Of a stretch of 64,000 nt of DNA, positions 34,401-46,200 are shown one piece after another (position 1 is the stretch's first letter; each line of letters begins with the position of its first letter). Source of the stretch: Podarcis vaucheri (lineage: Eukaryota); NCBI GenBank assembly GCA_965113315.1, contig OZ220375.1. One strand, written 5' to 3'. The notes beneath the pieces were generated by a model, which was given only the letters and a program-made list of their open reading frames with translations, was not told the DNA's origin and ran no database searches. The position numbers and the translations under genes are program-made.

Positions 34401-37275
34401 GGATTTTTCATTTCTCCTGTTATTGAGACTGAAAAGAATCTTACCTGCTACTGTCTCACAAATTTTCCACTTGCCATAATGTAATATCACACTTTTTACA
34501 TTCTGCATTTCTTAGATACTATCTAAACAATATCAGGTAGGAATGGTTTTTCTAGATTTATTACTTCTTTATATGCCACATAATGACCGCTCCCCGCTTA
34601 AACGGGGGGCGCCCTTTGCGTGGGCGCGTGCAGCCCCTAGATCTGGAGCGGCCCCAACAGCATAGGCTTGGCTTTGCCTTCCCTCAGGTGGGATACCTGG
34701 AGGTCTCCGCCTACCTCAGTCAGTTGTCCAATCCCACCTGGGGGAAGCGTTGCCAAGGAGACCAGGCCAGGTAGGGGAGGGATTACCTGCCCACACAATA
34801 GAGGGAGGATCTTACCTAGGAATCCTCACTTGGCTCTTTCTAGATTTATTACTTCTTTATATGCCACATAATATACGGTTGGTTAAATTTTCCAGTGAGG
34901 TGAAAGAAGTGTTTATCTTTGTGAATACATCATCCTTTTTCTTACTGGTGGAGGAATATAGAAGTTCATTAAGTTATTAAGAACTTAACACAAGGAGTAA
35001 CTTATATCTCCTGCAAAACAAACCCCATTAGTTTCTGGTCTCCTTGTATGTTCTTCTCTTTCAAATAGTTGCACTCATATCTTCAAGACATTTCCTTTAA
35101 CAACTCAGCCGGAGAGACAGTGTTCTTTAATGAAAAAGGGGAAAGGGGCGGTGGATTTGACATAATGAACATGGTCATGTTTCCAAACAAATCTTTCCTT
35201 CGGGTGACAGTTGGAAGGGTCGAGGATCCTAGAGCTCTTGAAGAAAACAGATTCACAATAAATGAAGATCTAATTGTTTGGCACAGGAGCTTTAACAAGG
35301 TGGGAAATCTAGATATTCTTGGGGATGGAGAGTGAGGGAAGCGGCTTCACAGCTGGATGTGTCAATTGGATTCCAAGCATTCCCTTTCACTGCATAGTTG
35401 TGCTGCATGTCTGTGAAACTGCCCGTGCTTTGAATGCAATAGAACCAGACAGCTGCTGCTATTTGAAGTGAACAACAATGCAATAGAAGATCCAATGATG
35501 TGGCTGGGTAAAAAGCATCAATCCCATTGGCAGACTAAGGTGTGGGAATGGGGTGTGGTCCGCCATGGGTACCATCCCGGAAGGTGACATTGTGGCTGCC
35601 CCGTCCCCCCAGGACACTCGCTGCTCACCGCACACCCCTGGCACGCTCGCAGCCCACTGCGCTCACCCCGGGACATGCGCTGCTTGTGGTGTACCCCCGT
35701 CGTGCACCATGCCCCCTGGGATGTGTGCAAGCCACACCCCCAGATGTACGCTGCTCCCGGAGCCGGAGCAGGTAGCTTTGACACTACATCATCCCAGGCA
35801 AAAGTCACTGGTTTGATTGACTGGCCTTTAAAAAAAGAAAGAAAGATGACTGGCACTTGCATGATGCAAAAATAAAAAATAAAAACACCTTCACAATTTC
35901 TTTTCTCTCTAAGGGTAGTTGCTTCCCCTTTCTGTGTGCAATGAGCACTGCCACAAGGGATATCAGAAGAAAAGGAAGGAAGGAGAACAATTTTGCTGCT
36001 ATGATTGTATTCCATGTGCAGAAGGGAAGGTTTCAAACCAGACTGGTAAGTTTCCCCATTATACAGAGTTAATTCCTTATGGAGTCAAGTAATTATCAAT
36101 TTACAAGTGTTAAAAAAGAATGGTGCATAAGATTCTACCTCCCAGGATTTGCTCAACTTTCAGAAACCAACAAAGCGGCAGTCTAATGCATATTAATTTG
36201 GGTGTAATCTCCATTTCAGCCAACATTATCTATTACCCAGGATGAACTAAGGAGCTACAAGTAAAAGAAGTATTGACTTAATGTTGAGTAGCATTTTATA
36301 TGACAATCAGCTCATTTGGAATTTGTAAGAATTTGATCATCAAATTCTATCTCTTTCCATGTTTTTTTTTCAGATATTGATGACTGTTTCAGATGCCCAG
36401 AGGAAGAGCATGCAAGCAAAGACAGAAGTGACTGCATCCTTAAGACAATAACCTTTCTATCTTACCAAGAGCTTTTAGGGATTAGTTTAGCCGTGATTGC
36501 TGTTTCCTTTTCCCTGATCTCAGCCGGGGTGTTGGGAACTTTTATTAAGCACAGAGATACGGCCATAGTCAAAGCCAACAACCGGGACCTCACGTACATG
36601 CTGCTCATCTCCCTCCTGCTCTGCTTCCTCTCTACATTGCTGTTTCTTGGAAGACCTAACACAATGACCTGCCTCCTCCGACAACCAACTTTTGGCATTG
36701 TCTTCTCAATGGCTGTTTCTTGTGTGTTGGCAAAAACCATCACAGTGATTGTAGCATTCATGGCTACCAAACCAGGGTCCAAGATGAGGAAGTGGGTGGG
36801 GAAAAAGCTGAGCAACTCCATTGTCCTTTCCTGCACTGTTATCCAAGCAAGTATTTGTACTGTATGGCTGACCACTGCTCCCTCATTCCCTGATTTAGAC
36901 ATGAACTCTGTAGCACAGGAAATCATTGTGCAATGTAATGAAGGCTCCGTTGCAATATTTTACTCTGTCCTGGGCTACTTGGGCCTCTTGGCTACAGCCA
37001 GCTTCATTGTGGCATTCTTAGCCCACAAATTACCAGATACATTTAATGAAGCCAAGTTCATTACATTCAGCATGTTGCTGTTTTGCAGTGTTTGGTTGTC
37101 CTTTGTTCCAACCTATCTGAGCACCAAAGGGAAGTATATGGTAGTGGTGGAGATCTTCTCCATCCTGTCCTCCAGTGCTGGATTGTTGGGCTGCATCTTT
37201 GCCCCTAAATGTTACATCATAATGTTGAGGCCTCAGATGAATAGTAGGGAGCAACTCATAAGGAGAAAGAACTGA
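31191..37275 (+). CDS. V2R gene D, intact reading frame, 876 aa: join(31191..31405,32165..32456,33422..34285,35069..35299,35919..36045,36374..37275)
   Basis: Exon sizes 215/292/864/231/127/902, GT-AG, phases compatible. Confidence 0.92.
32165..32456 (+). CDS. V2R gene D exon 2
   Basis: tttcag|[14 protein letters not shown]|gtaagg; 292 nt. Confidence 0.94.
32662..32923 (+). mobile_element. tRNA-derived SINE (Squam3-like)
   Basis: Full-length with (CTT)n tail; short flanking repeat tgctt; absent from B and C. Confidence 0.87.
33044..33288. mobile_element. Tc1/pogo-like MITE
   Basis: CAGTGGTACCT TIRs; TA duplication confirmed by the empty site in C (26390-26405). Confidence 0.9.
33422..34285 (+). 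CDS. V2R gene D exon 3
   Basis: ttccag|[12 protein letters not shown]|gtaatg; 864 nt. Confidence 0.95.
34585..34836. mobile_element. Unclassified 252-bp GC-rich insertion with a perfect 36-bp flanking duplication
   Basis: TTTCTAGATTTATTACTTCTTTATATGCCACATAAT at 34549-34584 and 34837-34872; single copy in C. Confidence 0.65.
35069..35299 (+). CDS. V2R gene D exon 4
   Basis: aaatag|LHSYLQD..SFNK|gtggga; 231 nt. Confidence 0.93.
35525..35786. mobile_element. hAT-like non-autonomous element
   Basis: GC-rich; degenerate termini CATTGGCAGA..TA / TAGCTTTGACACTA; ~8-bp flanking repeat catca(a)tcc; empty site in C (~24470). Confidence 0.6.
35919..36045 (+). CDS. V2R gene D exon 5 (Cys-rich)
   Basis: gggtag|[43 protein letters not shown]|gtaagt; 127 nt. 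Confidence 0.9.
36374..37275 (+). CDS. V2R gene D exon 6 (7TM)
   Basis: tttcag|AT; 902 nt open to TGA. Confidence 0.95.
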
Positions 37276-38056
37276 AGAATAGTGTATACTAGTGTACTGC
37301 TATATAAATGTGGATTAATGACTTAGGATGCAAGAGCCTACTATAAAATTTTAATATAAACTCATTCACAAGTTCTGAAACATTAGATGCAACAGAACAC
37401 ACATGTAATTCAAATTTGGATTTTTTTTATGCAGCTCTCGAACGAAATTGTGTGCAGCTTAAGAAGAAAGCTACATGAAATGAAATATATCCATGATAAA
37501 TATATGCAAATTCTTGTATGCAAGAAAAGGTGTACATTATTGATGGATCTTTCTGAGGAATTTTTTTCAGCCCAAATTGATTGCGAAATACAGGTAGAAG
37601 CCCTTTAAACTGGAGTATGCCGCTTACATAATTTAGTACTGAAATTATTATTATTATAAATGTAAGTAAATGTATGGCCAGGAAGATCTGAAGGGGATGC
37701 AATGTCTCCTCCTGTACCACATGTAGGGCTTACATTCTGCAGGATCTCCACTGAAAGTTGTTCACCCCACCCTAGAAATTTTTGAATAGAGGACTGTGAT
37801 ATGAATTTGGGTAGTGTGTGTGTGGGTAGGCTGTATGCCTTAGCATTCTAATTCCTGGTTCTAGCGTGGTTCATTTCCTGTAATAGCCTTGGTAGCTTTC
37901 TAGTGAGGTAATGACCCACTAAGTTTTGGCCATTAAAGTAACAAAGGAAGTAGTTCTGGCAGCCCACATTGCTTGGTGTGCAACAGATTCAAACTTATGG
38001 GGTGCCACTTAATGAGGTGGATTTTACATGTAGGAATGAAGTGTAAGCTTGGGGGG

Positions 38057-38345
38057 GAAGAAGAAGAAGAAGAAGAAGAAGAAGAAGAAGAAGAGGAGGA
38101 GGAGGAGGAGGAGTTTGGATTTGATATCCTGCTTTATCACTACCCTAAGGAGTCTCAAAGTGGCTAACATTCTCCTTTCCCTTCCTCCCCCACAACAAAC
38201 ACTCTGTGAGGTGAGTGGGGCTGAGAGACTTCAAAGAAGTGTGACTAGCCCAAGGTCACCCAGCAGCTGCATGTGGAGGAGCAGAGACGCGAACCCGGTT
38301 CCCCAGATTACGAGTCTACCTCTCTTAACCACTACACCACACTGG
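38057..38345 (-). mobile_element. tRNA-derived SINE (Squam3-like) with expanded (CTC)n(CTT)n tail
   Basis: Reverse complement of the family; (GAA)n(GAG)n at ~38057-38113. Confidence 0.87.
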
Positions 38346-39645
38346 AAGGGAAGGAGCTGATATCAGACAAGAAGAAGGAGAGTGACTGAAATAAATGCTT
38401 ATGAACACAATACACATCCTGACTCATACCTTCTACTGCAGAAATGCAGCTGGTCCAGTTGATCTCTTCTAACCCTTTTTTAAGTTTCTCCTTCATTCCA
38501 TCAAATTCTTCCCAATCTTCCCTGCCTGTTGTCATGCCCTTGATTGCTCTGGATCACTGTGGATGCCCCAATCTGTGGCAATCTGTCTTCATCCAACTCA
38601 GTCAAAGTTCGGATCCCTCCAAATCAGACAGATTTGGTTTTGGATTCAGTATTTCACCAAATCTGGTGCATAGCTTTCCTCCAAATAATTTTGAACTTCC
38701 CATAAGTCTCCTCTTATTTTGATTGAGCCAGGGATACTAGACTATGGAATGTAATAACTTTTTGATTTGAAATGTGGGTCCTAAACGTCATGTCTGCTCC
38801 CTGTTGCAATGAAGGGCAAATATTTGTCTTCTTTGGGACCTCTGGATTTTAAAATGAGAAGGAAAGGAAACAAGGGGTTTCTGTGATCTTGTCCAAATTC
38901 TGTAATAGTGGCGTATGATAGTGCAGTAAGTTTTAAATAGAGGGCTGGTAGAGTTTAAGTGGGCCAATGTAGAGTGTAGTGGTGTTTGCAGTTTGTAGAT
39001 ATTGTTAATATTATATACTGCACTCCCGCTATGTAATTTATAGTTTACCTGAAAGGTTATCAATACAGGGTTGTTGTTGTTGTTGTTGTTTTTAAACAAA
39101 CCACTTTATTTCCTCATTGTGCCTTGTATTAATTAAATTCTAAGATTTTGCTTGTATACATTACTCCTAATGTTTTTCCCTCCCAATGATTCATTTATGT
39201 ATATAGTGCTTTTGATTTTCCTTGAGCAGCATTCTGCCTATGTATTGCTCTGACGAGCAAACCCATCCTTGTTGGTGTAATGTGAACTATGGGTTACATT
39301 ACACAGTGCTTGGGCTCGTGTCTTGAGGAGCTGAAAGAACTATCAAGGGAGTTCCACCACTCAGATATCAGGAGCATGTGGTCACTGCTGTTGTGTTTTA
39401 ATTGTTGTGGCAGGTGAGAACCTTGCTGGTTCAAGGCAAAGGCCCATCTCATCCAGCAATCTGCTCTGTAGGTGTCCAGCAGATGACTGTGGCAGACCCA
39501 CAAAGAGGTAATGAGCATGATCAACATTCTCCATAGCCTTGCTGTAAGAAAGTTGCCACTGTTTCTGCCCCTGTAGAAGAAGAACATTGTTGGGGTCAGA
39601 TTTCAAGCACAGAAACAGAAATCCCAGTCAACAGTCCTAGTTCCA

Positions 39646-39807
39646 AAGACGTAATCATCTCCCCCTTTAATTATCCAATCCACTATAATTTGTTCCCCTG
39701 ACGAGAGCTCCAAAGGCTTTCTAGAAGGCAGGAGAGATGAATAAAAAAGCAAGCCTTAAAGCAGATATTGATATACAGCTGTATCATGGAGAGCTGGGGA
39801 GTAGGGT
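39646..39807 (+). promoter_or_regulatory. Putative proximal promoter module of gene E
   Basis: Homologous block; TATA position degenerate (tattgatata). Confidence 0.4.
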
Positions 39808-40058
39808 TCAAACAACAGGTATGTTTCTGTCAATTTGATTTCTAGCAGTTTTGTTCATCTTGCTGGCCACACTTTAAATCAGATTTTTGGCATTCCCAGT
39901 GAGTAAGCAAGGTAAATATTTGTAATCCTTCAGTTGGAAAAACATTGCTTGCTAATTTATCTTTTATAGCTGCGTTGCCAGAGGCAGGGATTCCTCACCA
40001 TAGCCTGATTAAGTCTGGGAGTTTTGATGGGTGAACACAGGAGATTCTCCATCTAGAG

Positions 40059-40285
40059 ATGGATGGGATGATGCTGTGGTTCTTTCTGATGCTGCTTTTG
40101 TTGCCTCAAATAGTGGGCAAAATTGATAATACGAATGGCCCAATGCCTGAATCCCTCCCTGTTCTGCATGAATGGTACGAGACTGGTGACCTAGTTATCG
40201 GTGGGATTGCGTCACATATCATTTACTTTTTCGATGATGTTTCCTTCAAAGAAAAGCCATCACAGAAGCTCTTTGACATTCCATA
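40059..40285 (+). CDS. V2R gene E exon 1
   Basis: [26 protein letters not shown]|gtaagg. Confidence 0.88.
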
Positions 40286-43200
40286 GTAAGGATCCTTTCT
40301 CTCTCTGCATCTTTTTGGCTTGGCTAGTTGAAAAGAAACATTTATAGAAATCCTAAGATGTTATTGTATGGCTGGCAAATTTTACATGTTGGTAACCTAG
40401 AGGAAAAATGAATGCAGTCCAAGCCTCCATGCTTGTTGTATCCATCCTGACAAACACTAAGAATAATAAACATTGGGCATTGGGTTCAAAATAGGGATGA
40501 GCAAATTTGTTCATTTCATGTTGCTTAAGTTTCTCATTTTTCTGGTCTTCAGCTGAGTTCTCCACATATGCACTTCAGTTTGATTTTTCTTTTTAAAAGG
40601 CATAATAAAAATTAATCATCACCTGCATTGAAATTTCTCGTAGTATTGATGTTTTTGTTACATAATCTCACCTGTTATAAACATTCTTGCAGGACATCAG
40701 CTCACTTGGTAGATCTGAATAGAAGGACACTCTCACTCAGATGAATATCCCATTTGATAAAGGGTGGTATATAAATTGGATAAAGAATAATAATACCCCA
40801 CAGCCCAACACACTTGCTTTTACAAAGAAAGTTCAAATAAGACAAAACTGCGGTGTTTCAGTGTAATATAAAGGTTTAAATCAGCTCAGAAATCTGACCA
40901 TATAGTGAGTAGATTCCCCCCCCCATCTAAATCAGTCATACACTAAAATGGCCAACCATGGGGTATTCCAACTTAATGCAGGGCAGAATTCTCCTCTGAA
41001 ATTATAAATGGACTCTTCTTTCAGTATGGTGACAAAGTTCTATCAACATATCCTGGCCTTGGCATTTGCTGTGAAAGAGATAAATGAGAATCCCAGGATC
41101 TTGTCGAATGTCACACTCGGGTTCCATATCTACGACAGCTACTACAATGCAAAGATGACCTACCTTAGCACTCTCAAACTCCTTTTCAAATCCTCTAAAT
41201 TTGTCCCCAACTACAAATGTGATTCCCAGAAAAATCTCCTAAGCATCATTGGGGGATTTGGCTCTGATACCTCTTTCCAAATGGCTGAGATCATAGGCCA
41301 CTACAAGATTCCACAGGTAAGAGTAATGAGTGTGGCTTTGTGATTCCCCACCCCCACAAATTTTACTCTCGCCATTCTAGGAGTAATTCTGTTTTTCAGA
41401 ATGTGGGAGGGATGTGAAAGAGCCTTAATTATAGACTTTGGATGGATTGTTGCCAAGTTCCAGGAGATGGGTTTTAACCTGGAAGGGCTTGCACTCCCTG
41501 TGAAAGTTCTAGGTCAATGTTCTTAAAATTCAGATTGTTGTAGTGAAACAGAGACCAGCCAAGAAATTGTTATCCTACTTAGCGACTGTAACTGCAGTTT
41601 AGGACTGCCCTTGTATGATACAATAAAAAGCAAAGTTGAGTTGAGATTCCAAAGGAAATGTTTGTATGTGGGTTTGTGTGTTATTGGGTTGATTATGTTT
41701 TAATTTTGATTATGTATTTTGTGTTCTTATATTATGATTTTATTTTGCAAACTGTCCTGAGAGCTGCAGGCCTGGGGCAATATACAGATTTAATAAATAA
41801 ATCAATTAAATAACTCAAAAGGTGTTGGCTTCAAGTATCCCAAGACCTATTGATTGCTTCAAAGAATATTTGTTGTATCAAAAGATATATGCACACAAAG
41901 AATGCTGCAAAAATAGGTGGGTTTTTTTTTAAAAAAGAATACATTTAGATATATGACATGCAGTGTCATGGAGTGTGGCTTTGTGATTCTCCACCCCCAC
42001 AAATTTTACTCTCTCCATTCTAGGAGTAATTCTGCTTCTCAAAACATGGGAGGGATGTGAAAGAGCTTAATCATAGACATTGGATGGATTGTTGTTTAGT
42101 TACGTTATTTTAGCATCAACACTTCTACCTCCACCGTGTTAATGCTGAGATTGTTTTTCATGACGATACACTAGATTCCTTAGGTGAGTTTGGTGAAGTT
42201 GTACTTATTACCTCCCACCACAAGAAGCAGAGTGGGGGGGGTCTGCTTTTTGAGCAGCACTCATTAAACTAGCTAAAGGTGTAGGTCGCTGTGCAGGATG
42301 CCTAAAAGTCCGATTTTTGCTTATATTCATCTCCATGGTTATTGCTTTAAAATTTCTGGTTTTTAAAATATTCCTTTTCATTTTTTTAAAGAAAAATCTG
42401 AGCATATACAGTGGTTGTTTTAAATTGTCATTTTACGTAAAACTGTTGCATGCCATATATGTAAATATATTCTTTTTTAAAAAAAAAACCACCTATTTTT
42501 GCAGCATTATTTTTGATACAACAAATATTCTTTGAAGCAATCAATAGGTCTTGGGATACTTGAATCCAACAACTTTTGAGATGTTGAATTTATTTATTAA
42601 ATCTGTATACTGCCCCATACCTGCAGCTCTCAGGGCAGTTCGCAAAATAAAATCACAATATAAGAACACAAAATTAATAATCAAAATTAAAACATAATCT
42701 ACCCAATAACACACAAACCCACACACAAACATATCCTTTGAAATCTCAACTCAAGCTTGCTTTTTATTGTACCATACAAGGACAGTCCTAAATTGCAGTT
42801 ACAGTCACTAAGTAGGATGACAATTTCTTGGCTGGTCTCTGTTTCACTACAACAACCTGAATTTTAAGAACATTAACCTAGAACTTTCACAGGGAATGCA
42901 ACCCCTTCCTGGTGTTGACAACTTTAGGTCAAGGATCAAAGTCATTAACTATGAAAAAAATTAATTGTCCTGGGTCTCTTCTTTCAGCATCTTCTTTGAA
43001 AAATGAAGGTTTGATCTTTTTGATCTGGACCCCAAGTCCATTATTTATTTTTAATTTCAACATTTCACCTGTAAGCCCGGCAGTTTCTTCATCCTGAACC
43101 TGATCTAACAGTTTTATAGTTGTTGTGGACTGCACTAAGACTTCCAACTTGCTGTTAAATTCCAGAAGTGTTGCTTCCAAAGGAAACAGCAGAGTCTTAA

Positions 43201-46200
43201 TTGTGTCTTTAAGTATTTCTTGTTGTTTTGCTAATAGGTTTCTAAATTATGTCTGCCATTGACTCCTGTTCGGTCACCAGCTTTGGTTCCTCTGATCTGT
43301 CCACCACTTTTCCTGCTTCTTTTCCTCATGATTGTGTTTGAATTTGCCTTCACTCTTGGAGTTGAAAAAAAGTTTGTAAGATCCTTTCTAGATGTTTTGG
43401 AATTGTAATTCATTCCCCTCAATGTTTTGCAGGGTTAGGGATTTTGTTGCTGGTTTGAGTCTATGCCCAAGCCAATTTTAAAGGTGGCTGCAGAGGAGCT
43501 TTGATTCTAAATGGTCATCTTGGCCATGTGCCCTCTACCCCAGAAGCACTTCTATAATATCAATTCATTTTCTCCTAGCTCACCTACGGCTCCTTTCCTC
43601 CAGAGGAAAGTCTCACAAGTCACACGCGATCCTTCTACTGCATGGTTCCCAACTCAGCTCTTCAGTACACAGGGATTATAAGACTGCTTAAACATTTTGG
43701 ATGGACGTGGGTTGGACTCTTTGCAGAGGATGATAACATTGGAGAATATTTCCTGCGTGACATAGAGACATTGCTTAGACAGAATGGAATTTGTGCAGCT
43801 TTCACAGAGAGAATCCCACAAGAACCTCATTCAGATAGTATTGATGAAATGTATGAGACGTACTTGAGATTGTATGCAGCATTCACATATAATACAGTCA
43901 GTACATTTATAATCTATGGAGAATCTTTGGCAATTGCATGGCTGAGAACTGTTATATACATGCGAGATCCTGCAAATGATGGACTTAGATCAATTAGAAA
44001 AGTGTGGATTATGACATCTGAGATTGATTTCATATTATTTGACATCCAAAGGGGTTGGGACCTTCAACTTTTCGAAGGTGCCATTTGCTTCACTATTCAC
44101 TCAAATGATCCTTTGGGTTTCAAGGAATTTCTTCAGAGTAGAAAACCTTATTGTAACTTGAGAGATGGATTTCTCATGGACTTCTGGGAGAAAGCATTTG
44201 AGTGTAAACTTCCAGAATCCCATGTCTCAATAGAAGGCAGTGAAACCTGCACTGGGGAAGAGACTCTGGAGAGCCTTCCTGGGCATCTGTTCGAAATGCA
44301 TATGACTGCCCACAGCTACAGTATCTATAATGCCGTCTATGTTGTGGCCCATGCACTGCACACCATATATTCTGTTTGGTCAAACTATAGAGCAATGGGG
44401 AATGGAAAAAACTTTGAACTTCAGGAATTGCAGCCTTGGAAGGTAATGTCTGGGGACTCTTTTCTTTCAGTTATGTTGGCTTAATCCAAGGTGAGACTAT
44501 ATCCAGATTTCAATTCATCAGTAACCACTAGTATAAATCTTATTCCATGATGGCTTGTGGATTCTCCTTTCCTCGTGTTCATTTAAATGGGAAAGAATTG
44601 TAGCTTCCTACCACTGTGGACGTGGGTGGCGCTGTGGGTAAAAGCCTCAGCGCCTAGGGCTTGCCGATCGAAAGGTCGGCGGTTCGAATCCCCGCGGCGG
44701 GGTGCGCTCCCGCTGCTCGGTCCCAGCGCCTGCCAACCTAGCAGTTCGAAAGCACCCCCGGGTGCAAGTAGATAAATAGGTACCGCTTACCAGCGGGAAG
44801 GTAAACAGCGTTCCGTGTGCTGTGCTGGCTCGCCAGATGCAGCTTTGTCACGCTGGCCACGTGACCCGGAAGTGTCTCCGGACAGCGCTGGCCCCCGGCC
44901 TCTTGAGTGAGATGGGCGCACAAACCCCAGAGTCTGTCAAGACTGGCCCATTCGGGCAGGGGTACCTTTACCTTTACCTTTACCACTGTGTTACAAACTT
45001 TCCCTCTGCCATATCAAAACGCCTCATTGTTCGTATTTGTTATTTCTTAGATGAAACCATCTAACAATATTAGAGAGGAATGGTAGTTTTAGGTTCATTC
45101 CTCCCATCCCCTCTCTAATAATTTCAGGCTGCTTAAAACATTTTGTCAGCCAGGACAAGGGTGCATTTTTGTGAATATATCACCTTTTGCTTGCTGGTGA
45201 AGAGCTATTGAAATTCATTCTGAATTTTGGAGTATGCAATGACATATTTCCTTTTTTATGAGTTTGTTTTTCCCTTTTCAGGTTTGTAAACAAGAACAAA
45301 GAAAACAATTAAAATATAATCAGTAAATCAGCTTTGACTTCCCTCCTCCCCTTTTTTATCCTCATTCCAACATTTTTCTCCTCTATTACTCCAATTTTAT
45401 CAAAATGTTTACCTACAACTATTATCTCTATCAATGCTACTAATGATTTTAATTGTTTACAATATTTTTCCGATACATTATGTACCTTCCCCATTCCTTA
45501 TAAAAAAATTATTCTTCCTGGTTCCTAAATCTTCCGGTCGGTTTTGCCATTTCAGCATAGTCCATCAGTTTCATCTGCCATTGTTCCTTGGTAGGGACTG
45601 TATTTCTCTGAGCTAAAAAAAGTCTGGGCAACTGTAGTGGCAAACCTAAATAGTCTCTTCTGGTCATTTGGAATCTCTGCACCTAAAATTCCTAAAAGAC
45701 AAGCTTCTGATTTCTTAGAGAAGGTCATCTTTTAAAAAATTTCAGCTCACTGTATATCATCTCCCAGAATGCTTTTACTACTTCACACATCCACAATATA
45801 TGATAAAAGATGCACTCTTTCTCTTTACTTTACCACCATGTGCCGGGCTGGAGCCAGCAAGTAAGCAACAGCAGCTGCCAGACTTGGACGGCAGCCCAGA
45901 AGATGAAGGGAGGTTTGTTATGGGAAGACCAGAGGAAAGTACAGGGGACAGTTCACAGCGCAGAGAAATACAGGACTTATCAGACGATAGCTTGTCCGGG
46001 CCAGTTTCCAAACCTCTCAGCATGCAAGAATGCAGGAGAGGAGGGGTACAAGAAAAGGGGAAATGGACATCACAGAAGCGACGGAAGTGATTTGTTTTTC
46101 TGTGTTGCTTCCAGAGGAAGAGGAACAACGCTGAGGATTTAGTTGAGTCATCATCAGGGTAGCCATACGTCACAGGGACAGAGAGCTCTGGACAAGTGGC

